Source: an uncultured Polyangiaceae bacterium (lineage in GTDB: Bacteria > Acidobacteriota > Thermoanaerobaculia > Multivoradales > JAHEKO01). From it: 64,000 nucleotides of DNA. How positions within the stretch are numbered: the first letter of the stretch is position 1; each line of letters starts with the position of its first letter. The position numbers and the translations under genes were made by a program. The notes under the pieces were generated by a model. That model was not told the origin of the DNA, searched no databases, and saw only the letters and a program-made list of their open reading frames with translations. The stretch spans positions 23,721 to 87,720 of the forward strand of contig CAXMQZ010000037.1 of the NCBI GenBank assembly GCA_964195975.1, read 5' to 3'. Below, piece after piece: positions 1 to 10,900 of the stretch.

Positions 1-966
1 GAAGTCGATGCGAGATGATTTTGGTGATCGGCACGCTCTCTTTGGGGATCAATCCGAGGGTGATGTCCAGGAAGTGTCTAGCCGAACAGCGTCCTATTTT
101 GAAAGTCAGGTTCTTGTCGTACGCCAGAATCGGAGAAAAAGCGAAGCTCGGCTCGGTATGCACCCCGACAACAGAGACGATTCCTCCTGGCCGCACCAGG
201 TCGACCGCCAGTCGACTAGCCGCTTGAGAGCCGACTGCTTCGAGCACGACGTCTGATCCTCGCGCTTCGGTCGCCTCCGCAACGATCTGGTGGGGCAGAT
301 GGGTCTCGAAATTGTAGACCTCAGCACCGAACAGCTCTGCTAGAGCGAGACGCTCAGCGATGCGATCAAAAGCGATGACCCGTTCAGCTCCCAGGAGTCG
401 AGCCGCCAGCGCCGCCATCAGGCCCACGGGACCGCACCCCAGAACCACGACGATTTTGCCTGGACCAACCTCTCCAGCCGCTGCGCCATAGTAGCCGGTC
501 GAGAAGACGTCTCCGGCCAGTAGAGCTTCTTCAGGCGTCACGCTCTCGGGGATTGCCACGAGGGTCGTATCCGCGATTGGCACTCGAACAAACTCAGCCT
601 GTGCACCATGAAGACCGCGACCTCGTTCTCGCCAACCAAAGAGCTCGCCCTGGACGCATCGCGCGGTAAGACCTCGCTGGCAGAAGAAGCATTCGCCGCA
701 ACTTGTTGTGAAAGGGCAAACGACCTTGTCGCCCGGTTTGAATCGGGTCACATCCGAACCGACAGCTAGAATCTCTCCGACAAATTCATGCCCCATGATT
801 GTTTCGAGGTCGAGGCCGGTCTCTCTACCGTGGTAGACGTGTAGGTCGGAGCCACAGACACCTGCTAGATGCACCTTGACGAGCGCATCGCCAGTCGCTT
901 CGATGGTCGGATCAGGGGCACCTTGGAAAGAGACCCTCTCGATGCCTTGAAATGTGATTGCTTTCA
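1..966 (-). CDS. Zn-dependent alcohol dehydrogenase (MDR superfamily), 3'-partial: C-terminus runs off the window start. Probable TTG/GTG start near 966
   Basis: Reverse translation gives ...KAITFQGIERVSF...DALVKVHLAGVCGSDLHVYHG...GHEFVGEILAVG...CGECFFCQ...VLGCGPVGLMA.... These are the GroES-like and Rossmann motifs of Zn-ADH. Absent from the ORF track because no stop lies inside the window. Confidence 0.7.
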
Positions 967-1093
967 AACCTTGGACCCGCAAATCTCTTCCCAGAGGATG
1001 CGCTGCGAGTTTACGGCCTCGGTCCGTCGGAAGCTAGCCTCGGTGGGGTAGAACCCACAGGGAGAGCTGAAATGGGCATGCTACACTGCCGCG

Positions 1094-2080
1094 ATGTTCA
1101 ACCTCGCTAGGACCATTGCTCTTACCGCACTCGGACTCTCAATAGTGGCTTGCGGCGAGAGCGACACCTCAGAGGCTCCCACTCCCTCTAGACAGTTCTT
1201 GAGTGTTGGAACCGCGCCGCCCGGAGGAGCTTTCTTCGTGGTTGGTGGAGCGTTGAGCGACGTAGTCCAACAAAACATGGCCGGCGAAGGATGGCAAGTC
1301 ACCGCCGAGGCGACCAAAGGAACCAAAGAGAATATTCGACGACTCTCTTCTGGGGAGCTCGACTTCGCATTGGCAAATGCGGCCATCACGTACTTTGCGG
1401 TTCGAGGTGAGGGCGATTGGGGTGCACCGCAGAAAGTCCAAACTGTGATGACGCTGGCTCCGAACGTAGCTCTTTTTATCTCTCCGAAAGGTAGCGGGAT
1501 CGAGCGGATAGGCGACCTGGCTGGAAAGCGAGTCGTGGTGGGTCCAGCCGGGGCAGGATTCGAATATTTTGTCGGGCCCATTCTCGAGGCCCATGGGGTG
1601 TCCTACGAGGATTTCAACCCGCTACATAATACCCAGGCCGGCGCGGTCGACATGTTGGCCGACAGGTCAGCGGCGGCGGCCTTCCTCGGTGGAGCGGTAC
1701 CCACAGCATCGATTACGCAAGCCTCGACGACTCAGGACATTCTCTTTGTACCGTTTGATTCTGAGGCGGTCGACTCACTCGTTGCCGAATACCCGTTCTT
1801 CGACAGGGTAACGGTACCAGCGGAAACCTACACCGGTCAGGATCAACCGTTTGACGGCATGAACGTCGGATCCATGCACTTGATAACCGCTGCAGACGCT
1901 GGCGAAGAGGTTGTCTATCAAGTCACGAAAACGATTTGGGAGCATCGCGACGAAGTGGTCGAGAGGCACGCTGCGGGGCGTGCGATCCAAGCTGGGGTGG
2001 TCGTTCGTGACACAGGAGTCGAGTTTCATCCGGGTGCGGTACGTTTCTATCGAGAGATAGGCATCTGGCCCGAGGACTGA
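1094..2080 (+). CDS. TRAP transporter solute receptor, TAXI family (lipoprotein)
   Basis: 328 aa. Lipobox-like signal LSIVAC. The overall architecture is consistent with TAXI-family periplasmic receptors, and it sits directly upstream of a fused TRAP permease. Confidence 0.8.
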   Translation: MFNLARTIALTALGLSIVACGESDTSEAPTPSRQFLSVGTAPPGGAFFVVGGALSDVVQQNMAGEGWQVTAEATKGTKENIRRLSSGELDFALANAAITYFAVRGEGDWGAPQKVQTVMTLAPNVALFISPKGSGIERIGDLAGKRVVVGPAGAGFEYFVGPILEAHGVSYEDFNPLHNTQAGAVDMLADRSAAAAFLGGAVPTASITQASTTQDILFVPFDSEAVDSLVAEYPFFDRVTVPAETYTGQDQPFDGMNVGSMHLITAADAGEEVVYQVTKTIWEHRDEVVERHAAGRAIQAGVVVRDTGVEFHPGAVRFYREIGIWPED

Positions 2081-2098
2081 GCTCCCCACCATTCAAAA

Positions 2099-4024
2099 AT
2101 GAGACTGGGGTCAAATCGGCAGGCCGTCGTGACGGCTTGTGCCGTAGTCTTGCCGATTTTTGTGCTCGTGGAGGTGAATTACCCCCACCTTTCTCCACAG
2201 TCCCAACTGGCTCTCTTTGCGCTATTGGGCTTTGTCTTGATCTATCTCGGCGGGGACTCCAGCCCGAAACGAAGCCTCGTGTCGCGGTCTGTCGATGTCA
2301 TATTTGCAATCGCTTCCGTCGTGACGTGTGGGTACATCGTTGTTCAAAATGAACCGTTGTTTTCGTCTTGGTGGTTTCAGGGCCAGTCGCTAGGCAACCG
2401 GGCTGGCGCAGAGGGCCCAGTCGACATTGCCATAGGGGTGGTCGGATTGGTGGTTGTTCTCGAGGCTGCACGGCGAGTTATGGGATGGACCTTGCCGATT
2501 CTGTCGAGTCTCTTTCTGATGTACGCCTGGCAGGGCTCGCTTCTACCCAATTGGTTGCTTCCACATCGGGGCTATTCGATCGAGAGGATTGTTTCCCAGA
2601 CGTTCCTTCACAGCCAGGGGGTCTTGGGCGTGGCGCTCAAGGTGATGTTCTCCTACGTCTTCCTATTCGTCCTGTTTGGTGCGATTCTCGAGGCTACCGG
2701 CGCCACTCGCTACATCATCGACATCGCAGGTCGTCTTTTTCGTAACACGGCAGGCGGACCGGCCAAGGTGGCCGTGCTGAGCAGTGGGCTCATGGGCTCG
2801 CTGTCTGGTAGCGCGGTCGCCAACACCGCTACGACTGGAACATTTACGATTCCGATGATGAAGAGTGCAGGTTTCCCGGCTCATCAGGCAGCGGGTCTGG
2901 AGGCCGCTGCCAGCTCTGGCGGCGCACTGGTGCCTCCGATCATGGGTGCCGGTGCTTACATGATGCTCGAGATCATCGATCCTCCTGTGACCTATCTGCA
3001 GATCATTCGTGCCGCGCTTCTTCCAGCGATGCTGTACTACCTGTCGATCTTTCTGATCGTGCATTTCAAGACCCGAGGTGTCGCGGGTCTGACCGCGAAC
3101 GACGATCCGGTGAAGCCTGTGAGGTGGCAGTGGGAGGGAGTCGTCTTCTTTTTCGGTCTTTGTAGTCTTGTCGGATTCATTATTGCTGGCCAGAGCATCT
3201 TCAGAGCTGTCTCTTTGGCGATGATAGTGGTCTTGCTTGCAAGCGCTGTCAACAACAGGACTCGAATAGGTCCTGGGGAGTTGCTCGAAGCCTTCAAGAA
3301 GTCTTCGCGGGGTGGAGTACCGCTTGTAGCTGCTGCATCGTGTGTCGGTGTAATCATCGGCGTCGTCACTCTGACAGGGATAGGAACCCGACTACCGGCT
3401 CTGATTCTTCCCTTGGCGCAACACCATTTGCTGTTGGCTTTGGGCGCGTTGATGGTTTCCTCGATTATTCTCGGAATGGGACTGCCGTCAGCGGTTTGCT
3501 ACCTGCTTCTCGCCACAATAGTCGGACCCGTCCTGGGCAAGCTGGGGGTGGCGCCGCTTGCCGCTCATCTATTCATCTTCTACTTCGGTCTGATGTCGAT
3601 GGTAACGCCACCGGTGGCGCTGGCGGCCTATGCTGCGAGCTCGCTGGCGGGTTCGAATTTTCTTCAAACCAGCTTTGCCGCGTTTCGCTTTGCCTTCGTA
3701 GGGATGCTCTTGCCCTACATCTTTGTTTATCGTCCTGAGCTGCTGATGATCGACAGTACAGGGGCGACCGCTACGCCGATGAGAATCGTGCTGGCATTTG
3801 CCATCGCGGCACTGGGACTGTTCCCATTTGCGGCCGCGATCGCTGGTCGGCTGAAGGGAACGTTGACAATGGGTGTCCGAGCTCTACTACTAGTCGCCGC
3901 CCTTGCAATCCTGTTCCCAGGGCCGCAGCAAGCTCAGATCGCCCCGGGGCTCTCAGGGATGGCCCTGGTAGGTCTCGCTTTGTTCGGTGCGGTGCTTTGG
4001 CAGCAGCGATCCGAGACAACCTAG
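2099..4024 (+). CDS. TRAP transporter fused 4TM/12TM permease
   Basis: 641 aa, highly hydrophobic polytopic membrane protein. It follows the TAXI receptor gene with an 18-bp gap. Confidence 0.85.
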   Translation: MRLGSNRQAVVTACAVVLPIFVLVEVNYPHLSPQSQLALFALLGFVLIYLGGDSSPKRSLVSRSVDVIFAIASVVTCGYIVVQNEPLFSSWWFQGQSLGNRAGAEGPVDIAIGVVGLVVVLEAARRVMGWTLPILSSLFLMYAWQGSLLPNWLLPHRGYSIERIVSQTFLHSQGVLGVALKVMFSYVFLFVLFGAILEATGATRYIIDIAGRLFRNTAGGPAKVAVLSSGLMGSLSGSAVANTATTGTFTIPMMKSAGFPAHQAAGLEAAASSGGALVPPIMGAGAYMMLEIIDPPVTYLQIIRAALLPAMLYYLSIFLIVHFKTRGVAGLTANDDPVKPVRWQWEGVVFFFGLCSLVGFIIAGQSIFRAVSLAMIVVLLASAVNNRTRIGPGELLEAFKKSSRGGVPLVAAASCVGVIIGVVTLTGIGTRLPALILPLAQHHLLLALGALMVSSIILGMGLPSAVCYLLLATIVGPVLGKLGVAPLAAHLFIFYFGLMSMVTPPVALAAYAASSLAGSNFLQTSFAAFRFAFVGMLLPYIFVYRPELLMIDSTGATATPMRIVLAFAIAALGLFPFAAAIAGRLKGTLTMGVRALLLVAALAILFPGPQQAQIAPGLSGMALVGLALFGAVLWQQRSETT

Positions 4025-4046
4025 TACTCCCGGCCGGGAGTACTAG
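4021..4046. terminator. Perfect palindrome TAGTACTCCCGG/CCGGGAGTACTA between convergent genes; candidate bidirectional intrinsic terminator
   Basis: Seen directly: ctagtactcccggccgggagtactag. The stem overlaps the TAG stop of the TRAP permease and the stop of rne on the opposite strand. Confidence 0.5.
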
Positions 4047-5977
4047 TCGCTACTCACGGGTTTTGAACCTGTTGGCGTCGCATCCGCCGCCGCTGTCTTC
4101 GACGGTCGCCGCGGTCGGCGTGGACGAGTTCGTCGACGTGGTTGCGCTTTCTTTTCTGGTGTCTTTTCTGGTGTCTTTTCTGGTGTCGAACTCGAATCGG
4201 GACCCGGGTCGAGGCGCTGGGTAGCCGATGCTTCAGAGGATTCAACGGGGACTGGGGTTGCAGGCTGTCGATCCGGGTCGGATTTGACCGCATCTGGCTT
4301 TTTCCCCCGTCTGGACCTACGGCGCGATCGAGGTGCTTCAGAAGGTTTTGGTTTGGTCTCCGAACGGTCGCTCGATTTGCGAGGAATTTGTGATTTCTGC
4401 GTTCGACTGCCTGAACCCGCCGAGTCTCCAATTGTCAGAGGCTGAGGATGCTTGCCTGTGGAGGGTTGATCGGGGCTTTCGAATTCCTTTGCAATCCACT
4501 CGACCTCTTCTTGAGAGCGATGAAGACTGGTCGAGGCAATTACCTCAATCCGGATACCAAACTCCCTTTCCAAGGAGACAAGCTCGAGGCGACGAGTGTT
4601 TTGAAAGGCATCGGCAAGCTCGGGGTGAAGTGAAATGCGAACAATTCCCTTGAAGCCTTCAGCAGCTCGGGCATCGATTCGCCGAAGAAGTCGAAGACTA
4701 ATCAGCTCAGGGCTGGCGATTCGACCGGTGCCTTCACAGGTCGGGCAGGATCTGTGAGTTCTGAGTAATAGAGCCTGTTGGACTCGCTGGCGATTGATCT
4801 CTAGCAGACCGTTCAGGCTGATCCGACTAATCGCGTGCCGAGCCTTGTCCGGCTTCATCGCCTCTTTCATCGATTTCTCGACCCGACTGCGGTTGCCACG
4901 CTTGTCCATATCGATGAAGTCGACAACAAGAAGGCCGCCCAGATCTCTCAAACGAAGCTGTCTGGCCACCTCCGCAGCAGCTTCTAGATTCGTGTTCAGA
5001 GCCGTCTCTTCTTGACTGGAGGCACGAGTCGAGCGCCCAGAGTTCACGTCGATTGCTGTCAGCGCCTCGGTTCGATCAATAACGATCGATCCGCCGCTCG
5101 GCAGGTCCACCTTTCTCTCGTAGATATTCTCGATCTGTGTGTCGAGGTCGTATCGAGCAAAAAGAGGTCTACGATCGGAATACCGGATCAAGCGAGTCTT
5201 GGTACGCGGCATGAAGGCTCGCATATACTCCTGTGCCTTTGTGTAGGCCTCATCGGTGTCGGTCAGGAGCTCTTGAACCGAGTTGTCCAGGTGGTCCCGC
5301 AACGCTCGAAGGATCAGGTCCTGATCGCTATAGAGCAACTGGATGTCTTGCCCCGTTCGAGCTTCGGTGCTGATTCTCTTCCAGAGACGAAGCAACGCGT
5401 TGAGGTCTTTGTTGAGGGCGGCCTTGTTCTGTCCAAGTGCATTGGTGCGAATAATGATGCCACTACCCTGGGGCCGGTCGAGCTTATTGACCAGGTCCTT
5501 TAGACGCCGACGGGTTTCCTCGTCTTCCACTTTCCGGGAGACTCCTTGCGAATCATTGAAGGGCGTCAGGACCATGTAACGGCCAGCGAGACTGAGGTTG
5601 GTAGTCAGAGCGGCTCCCTTGTTCCCCTCCGGTTCTCTTGTTGCCTGGACGACAATCGGGCGCCCGCGCTCGAGAACACCGTCGATACGTGGACGTATCG
5701 ACGGCTTTGGTTGTCGATAGTAGGCCGCCGGGACGACGTCCTGAATGGCGAGGAATCCATGGCGCTCGGCGCCGTAATCGATAAATGCTGCGTTCAGGCT
5801 CGGTTGAATCGAAACAATCGTGCCGCGATAGATATTGCCTCGTGTAAGTCCACGGTCGGCGACTTCAACTTGGTAGTTCTCGAGGGTCGATCCCTCGATA
5901 ATTGCAATGCGGATCTCTTCTGGAACCCGCGCATTGATAAGCATTCTTCTTGTCACAGTAACTCCATGATAAGTCAT
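4043..5977 (-). CDS. rne: Ribonuclease E/G family endoribonuclease with Pro/Glu/Lys/Thr/Arg-rich C-terminal tail
   Basis: 644 aa. N-terminus MLINARVPEEIRIAIIEG...RGNIYRGTIVSIQPSLNAAFIDYG is the S1 domain of RNase E/G, followed by a conserved catalytic core and a low-complexity basic tail. Confidence 0.85.
   Translation of the reverse strand: MTYHGVTVTRRMLINARVPEEIRIAIIEGSTLENYQVEVADRGLTRGNIYRGTIVSIQPSLNAAFIDYGAERHGFLAIQDVVPAAYYRQPKPSIRPRIDGVLERGRPIVVQATREPEGNKGAALTTNLSLAGRYMVLTPFNDSQGVSRKVEDEETRRRLKDLVNKLDRPQGSGIIIRTNALGQNKAALNKDLNALLRLWKRISTEARTGQDIQLLYSDQDLILRALRDHLDNSVQELLTDTDEAYTKAQEYMRAFMPRTKTRLIRYSDRRPLFARYDLDTQIENIYERKVDLPSGGSIVIDRTEALTAIDVNSGRSTRASSQEETALNTNLEAAAEVARQLRLRDLGGLLVVDFIDMDKRGNRSRVEKSMKEAMKPDKARHAISRISLNGLLEINRQRVQQALLLRTHRSCPTCEGTGRIASPELISLRLLRRIDARAAEGFKGIVRISLHPELADAFQNTRRLELVSLEREFGIRIEVIASTSLHRSQEEVEWIAKEFESPDQPSTGKHPQPLTIGDSAGSGSRTQKSQIPRKSSDRSETKPKPSEAPRSRRRSRRGKKPDAVKSDPDRQPATPVPVESSEASATQRLDPGPDSSSTPEKTPEKTPEKKAQPRRRTRPRRPRRPSKTAAADATPTGSKPVSSD
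4149..4190. repeat. 12-nt tandem repeat (about 3.5 copies) encoding (TPEK)n in the rne C-terminal tail
   Basis: Seen directly: tcttttctggtgtcttttctggtgtcttttctggtgtc. The translation contains TPEKTPEKTPEKK. Confidence 0.8.
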
Positions 5978-6632
5978 AACCAGCCGAGTTACGGCTGGCG
6001 GAGGCGAATTCTAGCGATTGAGGGATGGATGAGACGAATCGGGCCTCGCTCGACCTCCCGATCCTTGAATTCTAGCAGATCGATCGGGCAACGACACCCA
6101 AGCACCTCTCAATGGGAGTGCCAGGTTGCGCCAGCGGACTACGTCTAAGTATGCATGAGATGGGAAAAAACGGCTCTGGGGAAAGCCCAGAGGACGACCC
6201 AGGGTACGAAAAGAATCGAGCGGACTCGGATCTATCTGTCGCCGGTCTTCGTGGCAATCGCTCTATTTGGATTCGAATCGCAAAAGCCAGAAGAGGAGGT
6301 GTCGGTCGAGGAGCCGAGGCTCGTCATGGCAACGAGCAAAGGCCCATCCGAGCTTCTCAAACGCAAAATGCAGTGCTGGTACTGTCAATCTGAGGCGGTC
6401 CTATCGGAAATCAGGACTAGCTGGTCTGGTGTAGCCCTGGCGATTGGACAAGGAGGCAAGAATCGGATCGAGGAGCCTTGCCGCCGACTTCGAGCCGATG
6501 TCGATGCCTTGGTGGCTAGAGCACCTCCACCGGCACCCGATTCGATAACGCGGATTTACCTGTCGCGAGGTATCACACTGATTCGCAAGGCTACCGAGAA
6601 TTGTACGGAGAATCGGATCTTCGCGCTCTCGC
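5978..6632 (-). promoter_or_regulatory. Long intergenic region upstream of rne; candidate rne promoter and long structured 5' leader
   Basis: About 650 bp without a convincing gene between the rne start (5977) and rnd. In E. coli rne carries a long autoregulatory 5' UTR; conservation is not verifiable here. Confidence 0.3.
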
Positions 6633-6751
6633 ATGGCCTGTCGGAGGCTCGCCAGATGTTTAGAGAGGTCGACCACAGGCTGTCAGTTCTGGAGGCGGGA
6701 TCCTGCTACCTTTCGAGGGCGAACAGAGAGACTTGTGGCGAGTCTCGATAA
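6155..6751 (+). CDS. Hypothetical protein (one predicted TM segment); doubtful gene
   Basis: 198-aa ORF with no recognisable motifs. It overlaps the rne leader region and the 5' extension of the rnd ORF. Confidence 0.2.
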   Translation: MRWEKTALGKAQRTTQGTKRIERTRIYLSPVFVAIALFGFESQKPEEEVSVEEPRLVMATSKGPSELLKRKMQCWYCQSEAVLSEIRTSWSGVALAIGQGGKNRIEEPCRRLRADVDALVARAPPPAPDSITRIYLSRGITLIRKATENCTENRIFALSHGLSEARQMFREVDHRLSVLEAGSCYLSRANRETCGESR

Positions 6752-6785
6752 TCACCACCGCAGCACTGCTATTATCAGCGGCGCT

Positions 6786-7937
6786 TTGAAGCGTGCGCCA
6801 ACCTTTCCGGCAGACGGGCCGGTTTCGTTCGACTGGGTGAGCAGCCCACAGGCCTTGGAGAGTCTAGCCGAGATTCTCGGGGACTTGACGGAGTTTGCTC
6901 TTGATAGCGAATCCAATTCCGGGTTTGCCTACGAAGAAAAGCTCTGCCTGCTCCAAATCAATGCAGCCGATAGTCTTTGGCTTGTCGATCTGCGCGCGCT
7001 ACCGGCAGGGCAACAGGCCCTGGATCCCCTTCGAGCAATCATGGAGGATCCGAAGATCCGGGTGTATGTCCATGGTGGTGAGTTCGATGTCGGATGTTTC
7101 AAGCGTGATTACGACATAGGTCTGCGAGGCGTATGGGATTCCCAACAAGCGGCAAGCTATCTGGGCTGGGAAAAGACCGGCTATGGTGCGGTTGTCGAGA
7201 GAGTCCTGGGTCTGAAGCTGCCCAAGGAACATGCACACTACGACTGGAGCCGGCGGCCGATTGAAGGCGACGTGCTCAAGTATGCGCTCAACGATGTGCG
7301 GTTTCTACCTCGCGTATGTCACAGCTTGCAGCAGGAGATTCTCGAAGCCGATTTGGAGGAAGAAACCGACATCGCCTTTCGAGCGGTTGAAGAAGCAACG
7401 TGGAACGGTGGATACCAGCCGGCCGGCTTCTGGAGTCTCAAGGGGACCGGCAACATTCCAAGCGATTCAAAGCCGCTGCTTTTTGATCTGTACAGATGGC
7501 GTGATGACATTGGTCGTCGTTTGAACCTACCTCCTGGGAGGGCACTCCACACGGAGCTCATCCTGGCGCTGACCCGAAATCCCCCTTCGAACGCATCCGA
7601 GCTCAAACGCCTGGGTCTGCCGCGAAGGATAACGTCGAAGTGGTCTTCGGAGCTTCTCGATCGGATTGCCAAGGCCCGCCGCGAACCACCTGACTTGCCA
7701 GCGCGGCCGCCACGGCTCGTGTTGGGCCGAAGCCAGCAGAAGCGTGGAGATCGATTGAAACTATGGCGTCGACAAGAGGCCAAACACAGAACGGTTCCGT
7801 TGCAAGTTGTGTTACCTCTCGTGGCTCTGAAGTATCTGCAAAGAGAGGGTGCAGACGACCTCGAGGCTGTGCCTCAATTGGGTGCCAAGCGGATCGAGCT
7901 CTATGGCGACCAAATCAGGCAGCTCTGTAGAACTTGA
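6786..7937 (+). CDS. rnd: Ribonuclease D (DEDDy 3'-5' exonuclease plus HRDC); start uncertain (ORF opens at 6633, TTG near 6786 gives canonical length)
   Basis: ...FALDSESNSGFAYEEKLCLLQI...VYVHGGEFDVGCF...HYDWSRRPIEGDVLKYALNDVRFL shows the Exo I-III motifs. A C-terminal HRDC-like region is present. Confidence 0.8.
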   Translation: MKRAPTFPADGPVSFDWVSSPQALESLAEILGDLTEFALDSESNSGFAYEEKLCLLQINAADSLWLVDLRALPAGQQALDPLRAIMEDPKIRVYVHGGEFDVGCFKRDYDIGLRGVWDSQQAASYLGWEKTGYGAVVERVLGLKLPKEHAHYDWSRRPIEGDVLKYALNDVRFLPRVCHSLQQEILEADLEEETDIAFRAVEEATWNGGYQPAGFWSLKGTGNIPSDSKPLLFDLYRWRDDIGRRLNLPPGRALHTELILALTRNPPSNASELKRLGLPRRITSKWSSELLDRIAKARREPPDLPARPPRLVLGRSQQKRGDRLKLWRRQEAKHRTVPLQVVLPLVALKYLQREGADDLEAVPQLGAKRIELYGDQIRQLCRT

Positions 7938-7951
7938 TCTGCAGGCGATCT

Positions 7952-10900
7952 CTACTCGGCTTTGAGGGCTGGCAACAGTGGTATTCGGAGACTAGTGAGG
8001 ACGGCTCCGATACTGGCCAGGAGACCCACTCCGAACACTGTTGTCAGGATGGCGGCGAGAGACCGCCAGGGTACGGTGATATGACCTGTGATCAAGTGGG
8101 GCGCCACGGCCACAATGCCGGAGATTGCACCGATAAGTAGGCCGACGGCTAGTAAGAAAGCGTTTTCTGCCACGACCATCGAAGCAATCCTCGCCTTGCG
8201 ATATCCGAAGGCTCGCAGGGTAGCCAGCTCTCCTTGACGTTCGATCACATTTCGCAGCAGGACAACTGCAAGACCCAGGGTCCCCAGAATAAGACCGAGA
8301 CCACCAAGGGCTTCGAAGGTTGCGAGATACATGTTCTCAACAGCCTGGTAGCTGGCCAGTCGCTCAGAAGAAGATCCTGCATCGAAGCCAAAGGGTGTCA
8401 GAAGCTCTTCGAGATGATCGATGCTGCTCGACAGCTCGCTGTTCGGTGGAGAAGCCAGGAAATAGCCATATCCGGCCTGGCCCGGGAAGTGCTCTATGAA
8501 GTTATCTTCAGAAATCAATAGCTCGCTCTGAAAGATGCTGGCATCGAGAAGACCGACGATACGCAGATGAATCTCGGTGCCGCTGTCATCGTGCATGACG
8601 AGATCCTTGCCCAGGCCGAGATGGAGGATCCAAAGAACTGAGTTGTAGTCACCTACGGCGGGGATCGCCCCATCTTCGAACGTCGTCTGGAGCAGGGTCC
8701 ATGGATTGTCGACCTCCTCCAGTGAACTGCGGAATCGGAATGCATCCCGAGCCACAAAATCCTCGGGAACACCTAGTATGCGGGGCTTCTCGGGTTGGTA
8801 GAGATTGAGGCAGCTTACGTCCTCGCCCCGGAGTAGTCTCAGGCTCAAGACTTCGGGTGGAGGCTCAGGACTTTGTTGAGAATGGTCATCGGCAACGAGT
8901 CCTGTCCCCAGTTGTTCGAGATAGGTGGTCAGCTGAACGGGCAGCGAGATGTCGCTTTCGGCAACGAGAGTGAGTCCGCCGATCCCCGAGTGAAGATCGA
9001 GCGCGCCTGCCAGAGGGTTTTTGCGGTTGGCGGTGACGCTGACCAATACAAAAGAAGCGCTAGCCACGAGCGCCACGCTCAATAGGCTGCGACCAGAATG
9101 TCGGGCGCTATTTCTAGCGGCAATCTGAAGCATGGAGGTTCGACAAAAACGAGTCTCGGTTCGGCCCGACCTCCTACACCAAAGGGAGAAGCCAGCTATT
9201 CCGGCTGCGACCAGCGCCGCGCCGATGCCAAAAAACAGTGCTGGCGAGGAGTCTTGAGCAGCCGTGATGGAGGTGACAAAGAGACCCAGGGCGAGAGCCA
9301 GGCTGAGAGCCGTGACGATCAGGGGTCTGCGAGTTTGGCCAGATGTCTTCGTGGCAAGTTCGACCTCTCCAGCCAGAAGACGGCGGGCAGGAACTCGACT
9401 TATTCGGCGGACGGCCTTGAGGATCGCCGCAAGGACCAGCACGACGGATATCAAAGCTCCCATCAGTATGGTGACGGGCCGCACGTGAATCTCGAGAAAT
9501 GTGGATTCGACAACGGGCGCCCACCAGGTTTCCAGGCCCCTGAGCACCAGCCTGGCGTAGAAGAGCGCTAGGATTGCGCCACCCGCTGCCCCGATGGTTG
9601 CCAACAGTCCTCCCTCGAGCATCATTTTTCGCTGCAGCTGTCTGGGCTGATAACCAAGAGCCAACAGCAAGCCAGCCTCCCTACCTCGCTGTTCCACCAA
9701 GAGGGTGAACAGCAACACAACCAGTAGAACCGCAGCGACGATCAGAAACAGGCTGAAACCAGAGAAGAGGCCGGCAAAGTCGGAGGTGCCAGAGGCTGCA
9801 TCCAGGCCCTGTTGGCGGACTGGGAGCCAGCTGAATCCAGCCGCGATGGGCGAAAGGTCAGTCGGCAAGTCCCGTCGTAGGACTTGTTCGAGCTCGTCGA
9901 GTTTGGCACTGTCTCGAGGCAGCAGGCGAACCGAGGTGATCTGGCCATATCGACTCTTCCAGAGTTCCTGCCCCACGTCGATATCCACGAAGGCTTTGGG
10001 CGTGGCACCGTAGAGGTCCCAATACTCTTCGTCCTGAGGTCGGACAAGATCGAGATCGACCGGAAACGGTGGATCCCATGAGGCCATATCGTCCGCTCCA
10101 GTGACTCCAGGAACGTCGGGGGTGAGAGTTGAATCGGCTGCAAGACCCTCGAGCTCGACAATGGCCGTTACTTGAAAGGTGCGGGACTCGGTAACGAGCT
10201 CGTCCTTGGCACCCACCAGAAAATAGCTCATGCGGATTTCGTCACCGACATCAACATCGAGATCCTCAGCTGCCCACGTGTTGAGGACGATCTGATCTGG
10301 GGTCAGGACTATAGGCGAGGTTTCATCGGAGTATCGAAAAAGGCCAAGTGAGCTGGGCGCAGGTAGGGAAAGCGCCGTTACGGTGGAGTAGGGCAGGGTG
10401 TGCCCGGGTGACTCGATCTGGTTTGCCAGGTAGGTCAAAACGGGCCAGCTATCCGCCTCGGCCTCGGCAGCGAGACGATCGATCGCTGATGCAATACCGG
10501 GTCGGATCACGAGCTCACGACTCTCGATGGTCAGATAGGAATCCTGTTTCGTGATCTCGAGGCCCAGGTCTCCTACCTCCAGGACTCTCTCCAGAGCGGC
10601 GTCGAGAGCCGCGTGGATCTCTCGAGACTGTGAGACTGGAAGAAGTAGAGCATTGATCTGGTCGGGTCGATCCAGCCGGCGCTGCAACAGCGCGAGATCG
10701 ACAAATGCGTTGAGAGGTCGAGTCTGCTGCGGTCTTAGACCAAATCTTCCGGGCCCACGAGCTGGAATGACTCCGGCAACTGTGAGACGAAGCGTGTCCA
10801 AAAGGTCGGCGTCTTCTCGCCTTCCAAGCAGACTGACCCTGGGGACGTCGCTCGAGCGTCCAAAGGAGACAAGGACATCATCGCCAACCTCGACCCCCAA

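Noticed and set aside
1081-1594. Minus-strand ORFs of 141-166 aa opposite the TAXI receptor gene
   Set aside because: Antisense to a gene with a clear lipoprotein signal and TRAP context. No motifs
5546-6148. 200-aa plus-strand ORF overlapping the rne start and leader
   Set aside because: Lies antisense to the well-supported rne N-terminal S1 domain. The translation is low complexity with no motifs, typical of a high-GC antisense ORF
9098-9571. 157-aa and other 70-160-aa ORFs inside the 1132-aa ABC permease gene (for example 9174-9524, 9742-10161, 10551-10946)
   Set aside because: All are in alternative frames or antisense to a continuous FtsX-type permease reading frame. They are Arg/Ser/Pro-rich, the usual GC-rich shadow ORFs
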